Source of the DNA: Dimargaris cristalligena
Taxonomy: Eukaryota
Reading direction: 5' to 3'
Length of the DNA: 47,440 nucleotides
Assembly (NCBI GenBank): GCA_003614675.1
Contig: ML002287.1
Location: forward strand, 1-47,440
Shown here: piece after piece, positions 26,310 through 38,203 of the stretch
Layout: each line of letters opens with the position of its first letter
How positions within the stretch are numbered: position 1 is the first letter of the stretch
Program-made: the position numbers and the translations under genes
The notes under the pieces: model-generated
The model's database searches: none
The model's input: only the letters and a program-made list of their open reading frames with translations
What the model was told of the DNA's origin: nothing

Positions 26310-26451
26310 TAGGGGAGAAGTTCATCCAAGCTGTATAATGAAAAATCCATTAGATTCGGCCAATATTACTAGTTAAAAATACATTTCCCATCTATTTTCC
26401 CATACACGTATAATGTAAACCCTTATACAGCTGGGCCGAATTTCACCCATA
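26310..26451 (-). mobile_element. MITE-like 138-bp element, copy E
   Basis: Core 26312-26449 with TA on both sides; the ends including TA match as inverted repeats at 23/29 positions; about 94% identical to copy A. Confidence 0.82.
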
Positions 26452-29400
26452 GTATAGGGGTGGTAAGAGGGGCCGATGAGACCCGCCAATTGCAGGTTTA
26501 TTTAAGCAACACCTACAAATATTATACCAACGCAGCACGCCCACAGTCAAACTACCCACCTGCCCTACCTAGATTGTGAATATACGGCTGATGTAGGTAA
26601 CTTCAGTCGCTTGCCGGATGGGAGTGCCATGCGGCTTCTATTCAGTACCGGCCAGAGTACACAGCCCCCTCCTCATTTATTATCTATTACTCAAAAGCCA
26701 AGCCCCCCCCCCCAATAGCTGCCGACGGGGGAGGGGGGCACCCCGCCCTGGGTAGCCGTTTGGTCTTGATTTACACGTATATTGTTCGACAAATAGGGGT
26801 GGCGGCTACCCAGGACCATCCGTAGAGAGCGAAAAAAAATACGGACTAAATTTACCTGGACCTGTCCGTCAGCTAATAGCCACTGGAAGGGGCACGAGGG
26901 GAGCAATTGAAAGGGGAAAAAAGAAAAGAAGGTCGAAACAGCGTGGAGGTGGCAGTCACCACCACGCATTCTCCCCCTATTATTCTTTGATTACAGTCGA
27001 ATAACCCTTAATACCTTTTGTTATTATATTTGTCAAAATTCGGGTATGGCAGGTTCGGGCGAATAATGTGCAATATCAAGAGTTCGGTAAGGGGGGGGAC
27101 GCCCCTCGCCGAAGGCCTGGCCCAGTGCGGGTGCCATTGGGATGTGTAATCCACTATCCCTCCCCCCCTGGCCCTGGTGCTTCATAAATTCAAGATTGCG
27201 TGGAGCAGCTGCACGGTCAGCTTCCCGCAGCTCAGTAGGCCGGCAGGGGAGGGAAAGATGAAGCGGCCGGTAGTACCCACGAATGCAATCCGATAAACAA
27301 TCCAATGCCTATTCCAGGCCCGTTGCTAACCAATAATGGGTCGCTTTCAATTCTCCCTCTTTTCTTAGTATTATTAATTTTACTATTTTTTCGTAGCAGG
27401 GTAAGCCTCTCTTCACCAAGTTATGCCCGCCAGCCCCGGAATAGTTGATGATTGCGCAACAGAGACTCGCCTGAATGCTGAGCGCGGGAGACGGACTTGA
27501 AATCGAGAAGGAACGGGATGGCGCGGGCATTGCTATATCGTGGGACGCCAGTTACTCCAATGGTCCATCCGGCCGACTAATTGCCCTGAATAGAACGAAC
27601 GAACGAGACACAAATGATGGGTGGTACGTAGCGTGAGAGCAATTGGGCCCAAATACCAATGACGCCTTTTTCTCCCACTCCTACTCCCCGCGGCAAGCAA
27701 GGAACTGGCTATTAGGAGAGATGTATCAATAGGCCTGAGAACTTCCCCCGGTTAGGTCGCGCTATAGTCTCCCTGGCCGTGGTAAGAAATGGCGCCTTTC
27801 CGACGGTAGGTGTTGGCGAATCTATCCGATTACAATGGGTGATGCTACTATAACATTCACTAAAATATAGGGAACGATCGATCCTTGATATCAGCACATC
27901 GCAAAATACCATGGAGGATATACCACCCCTCGCTTCTTCGACTAACCATTTGCTTTTTTTGGGCCACATAATTTGATTCAAAAGAATAGTAAATAGAAAC
28001 CGGCGTGTTATTCATTCCACCTTCCTTTATTCGGGCGTGTGAAAACCCCTGGGCAAACCTTCCCAGGGCGAGACAAGGCAACGGTCTTTGGCCCTGTGGG
28101 GTAGAGTTGGGCGACCTCAGATAGAGGCAACGCCAAGTATAATCAATGGGGAGCGCCTATTATTAAATATACCCGTCAGCAGTCGATGAGGTCGACCAGC
28201 TCAACCGGAGATTCTAGGCCAGCGGGTCCCCTTCCCCCCATGCCAGCCTGACCCCCCGCACCGTCCAAAGTTTACAAATACCGGGTTGAATCGGTATTGG
28301 CCCAAAATAGGATACGTTAGCCCTCGCCTGATCAACGGATGGAGGTGAAGGTGCTGGTGGAAGGGGGTTTCAGGTCACCGGAATACAGCAGGGTACATTA
28401 ATTGCTTCTTGGGACACGCCCATAACCGGTAGGAGGAAAGTTCAGGGCCCTCCTCCCCCTTCTTAACAACGGGTATTACCAGTCCCATTATCAAGGTTTG
28501 CGGTATCCTCGGCCGACACCCAATTTCCAATAATTAATATTTATATATAGTGGGCGAATGGACAAGGCCAGAGTTTAATCAATTGAAATATAAGCAAATA
28601 AATAAGAAGGGGTTGGTCAATTGACCCAAAATGACCTACCCGCTCGCTTCCAACTCGTCTTGTGCATCAGGATGACCTGATAATCGCCTAATGGAGACAC
28701 AGGTCGGGGGGTGATACTGTCATCCACCCCGTTTAACGATCAGGCCCGTCGTATAGCGGCTCCGGTGGATGGCCACTAGACCCTGAGCAGCGGTCCCGGT
28801 GAATTTAAGACGAAGTGTATAACCCATCTCGGCCAATGATGGCGATTACCCAACATCCTATCATGGTCGGGATGGGGAACCATTCGGCCATGGCCCATCA
28901 AGAAATCCGATTAAGATGGGTCATTCCAACACTCAATTTACTAATTTGGCACACTGTGCTATACTACACCCCCGCCCCTACGGTAAATTGGTTACTATAG
29001 AAACCGGCACCCGGATACAGGGACTCCTAGACGGTACCAGAAGGCTTATGCACCTCGGTGATAGTTCAGCATGGGTGGGTGTGTTTCACTGCTGTTGCAT
29101 TCCATTAGGTATATACTAACAAAGCCTGAGAATGGTGCCCATCTATCGCCGCCGTCCCATCATCCATATCCGATCAAACCAAATAGTCGGATCAGAACCC
29201 CCCTTACCAACAACTTCTACTAGATGGGTGTTCGCCTATTCCAACCAACGACCCTGATTTACCAGTCTGGTGGAGGGTCTAGTCCCCAGAATTAAGGTCG
29301 ATCCACAGCAACTTGACCAGAGCTCTGGCCAGCGATGTTGGGAATGCCTTCATTTCCGGCCCAACCCGTGTGAGAATACCTGTTGAATGTAGGGCACCCC

Positions 29401-31694
29401 TGTGCGGGCTATCCCCCCCTATTTTTACTACTTTGGGCCTGCCCTCCAATTTCAGGCCATGGTCTGTTCCTGCGCTGCTTCCAGGGGAATGTTTCTCAGC
29501 AAGCGGGTCAGTCTGACGCAAGTGAGATCACCTTGTATAGCCGAAAACTCGGTGCGTATTACGTCACTGGATAAACAGGGTATTGCCCATCTGGCCTGTG
29601 ATGACGGTACCAATGAGACAATAGAGTACAGGCAAATAGATATGCTCAGCCAGCATTCTGAATTGACCTGGCCTACATATGACACCAGAACGGACACCGG
29701 ACATCGGTGACTCAATCCTTACCTTTAAAAACCATAAAGGGACAGATCAAATCGATAAACTGTACGAATATAACCAATCAATGACCGATGTCTAACCGTT
29801 GCCAAATGATTGGGGGACTTACCAAGTCTACCTAAACGGCCATGTAAAAATGTCAAATTCACCCTTTGCCTTTGTAATATATTACCTATTAGGCTAAAAA
29901 AGATACAGCGTGGACCCGGCTAGGATTAAGACTTCCGTCCAGACTAATTACACCGGAAATTGAATTTATAATCACTATTATTTCTATTGCTCCGTAACCT
30001 CACAGAGTAAGGTTCGAGGCTATAGGTTCCCACCCCACTTAGCGGCTAATCCCCATTTAGCTGGTCGTTCAACTGAAGGAACATGGTGCATAATTAGTTG
30101 AAGATAGTCTATAGTCCATATTAGTCCTCGATCCCTATGCAGAACCGCAAAGTATTGTATCCTCGTACTAACCAGAAGTTCCCTTTCAGATTTCCATTAA
30201 TACTTGGAAAAGCCCTTATTAGCAAGTGGAATGGAACTGGTGGCATTAACATAACCCCCCCCCCCAATTCCACTGTAGATTGATAAGGTAATATTGCAAG
30301 CTTTCACACGACTCATGATTCCAATCATCATTTTCTCTATCCGTGGGGGGTCAAAAGTGTGCATTATTTTAGAAGATAATGGAATAAACCGGAATTTTCT
30401 GGGCCCTAAGTCAACTTCCATGTGTGTTTGTTTCGCATGGAAACGGTGTGATAGCGAGTATTAATAAACCATTAATAGTCCTATATTAATTACACATGTT
30501 TCCTCTTTGTTTTCAACAGCCCCACCCCTTCATAAACCTTTGTATTCGAGATATTCCAAAATATTCCAAATAACCAAAACTAGAATAATGAGACTAGCCG
30601 AAATACAGCCTCGCTTATGCATTCGGAATTATCTACGGCCAAACCCAGGGCATTATTACATTCCATTTTGCTTACCGCTGTACTATTGGGGTAGTCTTCA
30701 GCATTGTCTTAACTATGGCTTATTTTGACGATCTAGACACGGCACCTCATTTACATTGTATGTATCCGCAAATACTAACAAGTCACCATCTAACCTGCCG
30801 CAAGTTAATTATCAGTCGTGAACAAGTGCACGGTTGAATAGGTGTATGGACCAGCACCTTATACTTTCGAATATGCGATACGAGTATTTTTTATTTTCCA
30901 AAATGCGCAAATTCTTACACTAAAGGACAGATTGCTAAGATATGTTGGATTTTATATACTACGACTCTCAGCTGGATTTACCAAATGCTCTGCACACCGA
31001 TAAGTTGTTTAGTAAAATGGAAAAATCCTAAGATGCAGATTTTCTTTTTCGGGGGTAGTATCGCACAATTCCGATAAATCCCAGGGGGCTTTTGTTGTCA
31101 GTAACCACTCATTTGCTTATGGTAAATTCTATCGAACAATCCAACTCCGTCACTTTATTTATTTTTGCTGACACATTTATAGATATGTTTATGATCTCCC
31201 TCCTCCGCTGTCACAGGTTCGCTATAGGGCCAAGGTTCTATGAATATATTTTTTCTGAATACGCGGAGAAATAAATCAATACCCCATTGAAGTGACTGTA
31301 GAGGAATTAGAAATCGACAGCAAGCGCAGCGGCTATTACTAATAATGGCAAAAACACGCTAGCATGATGTAAATTAATGCACAAATGACTTCTGGGATGT
31401 GAATGTGATTAGAAACAACATAATTGGGGGTGTATTCGGGTCCGAAGGGGGGGGGCATGTAGCAGTGGTTGTATAATGGGGTGTTAGAGCTGAAGAAGAT
31501 GCACATGTAGCTGGCCCTAATAAAATATGCCTTCATAATGACTATTCATGGCGCAATGTAGGCAGTCCGTGGCTTACCAGTGATAGTGGACTTACAGGTA
31601 TGGACGTGCCTTATCAGACAAGACATTACCCGGTCCTATGCTGGGACTAAGCAGTATCCTGTAACATAAAGTCCGACATTTTCCCATTTAGGTG

Positions 31695-31745
31695 ATTTTA
31701 AACCATGACCCGGCATTAAGAATGACGGGGTCATTGGTTTAAAAT
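31695..31745. repeat. Imperfect inverted repeat (hairpin)
   Basis: ATTTTAAACCATGACCCGGCATT-AAG-AATGACGGGGTCATTGGTTTAAAAT: a stem of about 23 bp with two bulges, one mismatch and a 3-nt loop. Confidence 0.8.
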
Positions 31746-33734
31746 AAAAAATCCAAATATGAATGGGGTGTCCAAAAAAAATGGGGGGGGGGTGGTTCCG
31801 GCTGGACGTAAATTAATGGCAATAAAGACATGCCTGCGGTGCATTCTAATTAATTCGGAGGATGGACAATCCCAGGTGTAATATATTTTAAATAGGAGGC
31901 CTCCGTTCTATCACCTTTTGAATGGTTCTCGGAGGGATGCCACCCCCCCCCCCATTAGTCAACGGAATCATCCCCGCATTTGACTGGTGTCATTACCATG
32001 CCTAAAACACCCCAGCACACTCTTCGTGAATATCCTTAAATTTATTTAATAGTTGGACCGTTTATATATTTAGGATCATTCGGTCGAACGGAATGGAAAT
32101 CATTTAGGCAGGTGCTACTTGACACCTAAGCCCGCCTCTACACCCATCCCTATCCGCAAAAATATATTGGGGGAGGGGGGGTGGTTCTGACTGGGTCTGG
32201 TTCCAATAGTTGCTGCACTTCGACTCGGTCCACGATGTGTCTCTCTCTCCCTCCCCTCCCCCAATTTTCCGGCCTCTGGATATGCAGATGATATACATAA
32301 TTTTAAGCACCGTTCCTCCATGCCTAGTTGAACTATTCTGCTGTAGGCGAATATAATCGGGCCGTCGTCAACAGGTGGCTTAGTAGATTGACAAATGCAT
32401 ACCTTAATATTGACAGTCAGGCGGTTCCGCCGTGTTTCTCATGGCTAGGTACAAACAATCATACCACTTCCGAGCTCATGGGACCCGCTAAGTTCCACGG
32501 CTTTAGGTCCACACGCACGGTGTACCCTCTTTTTTATCTTATTATATTTTATCTCACTACCTTGGCCTACCCAAACGTGTCCTTAAAATTCTGGGCCGGT
32601 TTTTATTACAGCGATTTCCCATGTCAAACATATCACCTGGTGAATCAGCCTTGCGGAATATCTAACGGGGCGCAAGTCCACTCAATGATGTACAATAACA
32701 CCGACCAATAGACCAAGCTAGGCCTCTTTATTCAAACTCCGCGTATGGGTAACGAAGCTGGCCTGCAGCCGGACTAGGTAACATTCGGAATTATGTCAAC
32801 GTAATTATTAAATGGAAGGTGACAACAACGGTCCAGCAGCCATTGCTTCCCCATGCAGGCCCTCGGGGTCTGAAGCACCCCAGTTTTCATGGCACCCGGG
32901 GGCATATGCCGTTTTGGGCATTTAATGTCCCTTGAATGGGATTGCCAGTGGATGATTGAATGGTGGCGGTGCGATCATTCAACACTAGTAATAGTAAAAG
33001 ATAGAATTAATAAATAGGGTTTGCTGATGCAAGTCCCCCGTCAGTCGTGATCGAGGCACGCCTTACACTCCCCAAGTCCACAGTTTTCCGATATGGGCCT
33101 GGCAATTTGCGGCCCATGCGAAAGAGAAATAGTAGTAAAGTTGACCGGGGGGGGTACCTTGGGCTTAGCAAAAAATAAAATGCAAATCGTTCTAGGAAGG
33201 ATTCGCGAATTGTTGGGGATGATCCCAAGTCAGTCGACTTCCTGCAGCCAATTCAGCAGCCCGTACGGCATTCGCCATAAGCCCCGTGTGATCCCGAAGG
33301 GAGGATGATCACAATACCATGATACCCTGGTTGGTCTATTCTAGATCGATACCCATGTAGCTAAGTTACTATCTACTATGTTCGTTTGGGCCAGTAGGAG
33401 AGGAAACGCCGCCCAAATGTAGCAGTATCAGAGAGTATTAGAGAGCAAATCAGTGTAAAAAATCGCAACTCCCCACAAGCGGAATATAACTACATAACCC
33501 TATTAATATATGGAGAGCCCTGGCACAACCGTTTCAAGTGCATGTGGTCCCCTAACCATGTAGTGCTCCCTTATTTTACGCATTGAACAACCCGCTTTTT
33601 AGTAAGAACTATGTATCAGAAAAATCCCTGGTCTCAGTCGCCGAGTTCTGGTGTGCATAGGTAACAGTGAATTAGTGTATCTGTCGCTGGTTGCGAACCA
33701 ATTAGGGAAGGAGAGTATCGGAAATTCCAGGTCT

Positions 33735-36700
33735 TTATTCGGCCTGCCGGGCCTTGATTACCACGGCATCAGCGCCCGGTTGGAAATGTTTGCCCACTGG
33801 GGCATCAAACTGGCGCTGATTGATGGGCACTTCCCGAGCGGCATTTGAACGGAACAGGCGGAAATGCGGGGGCACGTCGTCAAGCTCCTACGTAATTTCA
33901 AATAACGTCACGGCCGAGTTCCAAATAGCCAAAGGAAAGCAAAATAGGGGGAGGTTAATGGAAGGTGGGGCATTACTAATATAGACCCCAATCCCAGTGT
34001 AGCGGGTATCATAATTGGCACCCTATGACTCCCCATGGGCCCTTTAATGCATCAAGCGACTGGGGTCAAATGATGGCTTGCATGAATTCAGAACGCAAGG
34101 AATATACCAAATAATTAAAGTGGATACGGCCGAGTGGGGACAGGTCCATGCGGGTTCTAACGACTATGGTCGAAGGCGGGAGAAGCTCAGTCCAGCTAAA
34201 CAGCGCAGCACATAATGTTTGGCGTGACTGATTTTACTGGTTAAGGACATATTCCGTCGTCACCTATCCCATGAATAATTCCTTCCAGGTCCTATACAGC
34301 TGATCTAAACTTCTCCCAGGTGCCAGTCTCATGACCTGATGCACCGCACTGGTGCCCAGTAATTCGCATTACAGGGCCATTTATGCACAACTAGTCGCAA
34401 TGGAACTCGATTATGTTTTTCACGGTCAGGGCATTGTTATTTTCCGCCAGGGAATATGGTACGTACACCACAGTAGAGTTAAATATAGAACAATTGGCTT
34501 ACTGGGGCCGTGAATGGCCCCATTGCTCTGCTGATTCCATCTGTAGGGTCAGCTATACCCAACGATGCCACCCGATCTGTTGGGGTTAAATTATACGAAA
34601 CATAAAAAATGCAGATAGCTATTTAAAAGCTTGATAAGCAAACGGAAGGGACGTACCTCTTTGATCTGATTTATCATATCCCCAATACGAGCATTGGGGG
34701 AAACGAATACCGCGCCGAGTAATTGGGAATCGGTGTTTTGGTCTTGATATACGAGTAGCTCCAGTTCTTTTTCGGCGCGGTTTTCTAGAATAGATGTACG
34801 TATTCCATTCGGGATGGATGTATAAAAGTATTTTTAGTAAAAAAAAAATCATATGGTTTTGATCAGTCCTTTTTCTCAGAGGGAAAATAATATTGATGGG
34901 AAAATGAGTAGTTGGGGTGACCGGACCAATGTGGATACAACACGGCCACAAATCCTGGGCAACGGCCAATTAGATTAGGAACTCCTATTCTAACCCACCA
35001 AATCCAGCCCATCTACTACAAAGGAAGCATTTGCGATGACTGTTTGGTCGCCAAGGTAAAGGCGGATTTTGGGGTAGACCCCCCTCTTTCTCTCTCCCCG
35101 CCCACCACATACATACGCACAACAGATTAGATGGAAGGGGGACTGGAAGCCGTCGGAGCAAACCGGGTTCAGATTCTTAGAATAGTATCAAAATGATGAT
35201 AAACCCCGCAAGGTTTTCACGAATGTCTTACCAGCTGATGCCAACGCGGATGCTACCGCGGACGGGTGGAAGTCTTGTCCAGCTTTACGTTTTTTGGGGG
35301 TCGGACAAGATGATTCGGATGCTAGAATAAGAGAAACCAATGATACAGGAATATATGTATAATCCACCACGGACACACAGACGAATGTGAGGAACAATGA
35401 TTTAGTATATGGTGAAGCACTGGGCTATTGGCGGAGGTCAAGGTCCTGGTATTGCAAAAGTCGAAGGGATGGGGCTTATCACCAGGCGACAGTAGCACAA
35501 TGGACCGGGCCAGGCAATACATTTCGAATAACCTGGGGTTAGCCATCACCAAAACCATAGTGTCCGAGAGGCCCCGAAGAAAATGCAATGAGAGGCTTCT
35601 CCTTTTCACGGGCGTCCGGTTTCGCGATGGCATGTTTATGTGTGCGGTTATACGCAAAATATATCTTGGCACAAATAACATCCTCCTTTTTTTGGCATTA
35701 CCAACCCACATGCCCTTGGGCTGGGAAGTCATTGCCATTTTAACCACACCATACCTATTTTTTAATATAGCAAATCTAATTCAAGTACTTACCGGACGTT
35801 ATGTCTTTGGATGGGACTACATCGGTCCAAACCGATGACACCGATGAAACCGATTCGGCGGTAGGAGTAGCAGCGATCCGTACACCCTCGGGAAGCTCCC
35901 AGACTTTGGAAAGGTCGGGGTATTTTAGATAGTTCGGTACAAACGAGTTTACCTTCTCATCATCGGTCGATGCAATCACCCCCTCCATCTCGAAATCCAC
36001 ATTAGGGTCGGGCTGTTCGGCAACATCGGCAGTTGCAGCAGTTGCAGCAGTCTTGGTAGTCTCGGTAGGCTCGGCTGTCTCAGGGGGTTGGTCAGACGAG
36101 CTATTTTTTAGATAGGCTGATTTACAGGAAACCGTGGTTACCGATATAAAGTCAAGACATGGTCGATGTGGTGAGTGAGTGGGATGAGTGGTTATGCGTG
36201 GCCAAAGATCGGATATATTCGAGGCCCATATCCAGCCATATATTGAGGGTTGCTTAATAACCAAGCGGGATACATCCAATATGTGTTATCTTATAACTTA
36301 CATTTAATAAGACCTTGAATGACCTTGTTCTGGGAAAGATCCAGAGCCGTTTTATTATTTTTATTGCGCAGAGTAGGGTCTGCACCATGGCTAAGTAACA
36401 GGGCCACGATCTGGACATGGTTTCGTTCGCTCGCCCAATGTAAAGCGGTCCTATTGTGGTGTACAACCATATAGCATAGAGAATATGTTAGCGTATTCGG
36501 CCAGGCGAGTTCATTGCCAACCCTAAAAATACATATTAGTGCCGCGGGTTGGATAGACTCTGGCGACTATTGGAAATGGGGTTAAAAAAATGAAATCTAC
36601 TTCACTAATCGCTCTGACTATTGCCAGAACCTCGCTTACAATGACAATTAACTTACATGCCATTCACAGTGTTGGCGGCATTCACCGCAATGCCCGATTT

Positions 36701-36805
36701 AAGCAAAATGCCTACCGCCTTCCAGTTTCCGAGATGGGCATATTCGTGCAATCTACCCTCCTCTTCCGTTATTTGGTACTGGATTTGACGGACCGCGTCG
36801 TTCAT
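33735..36805 (-). CDS. Ankyrin-repeat protein, ANKRD40-like
   Basis: Exons 36805-36657, 36450-36302, 36116-35793, 35321-35232, 34784-34657, 33887-33735, all GT-AG and in frame. The N-terminus reads EEGRLHEYAHLGNWKAVGILLKSGIAVNAANTVNGMTALHWASERNHVQIVALLLSHGADPTLRNKNNKTALDL, followed by FVPNYLKYPDL, similar to the ANKRD40 motif FVPNYL. Confidence 0.82.
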
Positions 36806-38203
36806 GAGGACAGGTGAATTCGCAGCTATGCAGCAGGCGGGGGTATTAAGTGACGGGAATGGGTATAGAAGGGTAGTAGTTATTGCCGGGAGGGAGAGAA
36901 AATAGTCGATAAACTTGGTTACGAAACGTAGGAAGCTTGGGGGTAGAAATGTCCTAAGCACATCGGAATAAAAAAGAACCGAAGGAGGCTTGGGCCAAAT
37001 CGTACTTAAGGAACATTCCTGGAATCTCTCGGGTCAGCCAGTTGGGTGGTTCAGTCTGCAGTTGACACGTTATGTTACCCCCTTTCCTTAAAACGGGAAG
37101 TACTATCGAGCCCTTGCAGCTATTTGGGCAAGGCATTGGGCAAAGTGAATCAATTATAGTAGTTGAATAGGTGATTCGTATTATTACCAATATACCAAAT
37201 TACTCTGCAAGCATTCAACTAGCCACCACCTAATAAGCCATTCCCGATATTAAATTAGAAATGTGTAAAACCGACTAACATGGGTATGGTTCAGTAGGGT
37301 TAGAGTAATTTATGAATCTTATAAAGGAATTGCATTATTCACTTTAAATTACCTCATATAAGTTGGTAAGTGATCCTATAAATGTCTGTTAAACCAAGAT
37401 GGGCTTTAAGCACAATCTCCGGCTCGAGTTTGGGGTCTATAACAAAAAATATCCATATGAAAGGATGGTGCAGGAGGTTTAAAATAGCAACTGTCAAGTG
37501 GGGATCTGAGAATAAAGGCCGGTCTTGGTCCCTTTTATACCCATACTTTGTCCTACCAACATGTGCCTACCACCCTGTATTATCTCTATCAAATGGACCT
37601 AAAATCAACTTTCGGACTAGTCAATACCCGTGTCTTATCTTGGTACCATTGTCACGATAGCTAGCGTCGCCCGCTTTGCTAAATATGCCCAGGTCAGGTA
37701 ATTGACCACAATTACTACATCTTGCTCTGACGATACGAGTTCACCCAATCCGACATTGGCAATACCTGCTTCCTTGGCTCAATTTTATTACTGAAATTCT
37801 AAATTACCTTTCCATGCGACCACATGATCTATAAAAGACCCAGCAATGGAACCAGTTATCCAAATCCCAGCACATGCCCTCCCCTGACCGCGGCACTTAG
37901 CAATGTCCCAAGTAAGATCAATGGCTGACAGTCCCAACGAATTTCCTCAACATAAATATATTTATTACTGTGCAACTGCAATAATGCGAATTCGGCTGGA
38001 TAGTGTCTAGATAATTACATTATTTCCTGTGACTGAACAATCTAGTCCGATAACTAAGGTTTGAATCGAATGGCCGGGGTGGACTTACGCTACGTGATAA
38101 ATGGTAATTGAGTTTACAGCCTGGTCGGAAGTAGGCCACGGGATGTATATTAGAGAAATCTTCGTCCGGTATTAGTAGGTTTCTATATCGCCAATGGCTG
38201 GGA

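Noticed and set aside
29313..29516. DVGNAF resembling a reverse-transcriptase motif
   Set aside because: No YxDD or other RT motifs nearby; chance match in a short ORF.
29598..29661. C-box GTGATGA and D-box CTGA 64 nt apart (candidate C/D snoRNA; similar at 23793-23848)
   Set aside because: No convincing terminal stem and no long rRNA complement that I can verify; snoscan would be needed.
19773..33308. Dozens of 60-165 aa ORFs in the gene desert
   Set aside because: No domain motifs, no coding-type codon bias, many with non-ATG starts, and no consistent exon chain.
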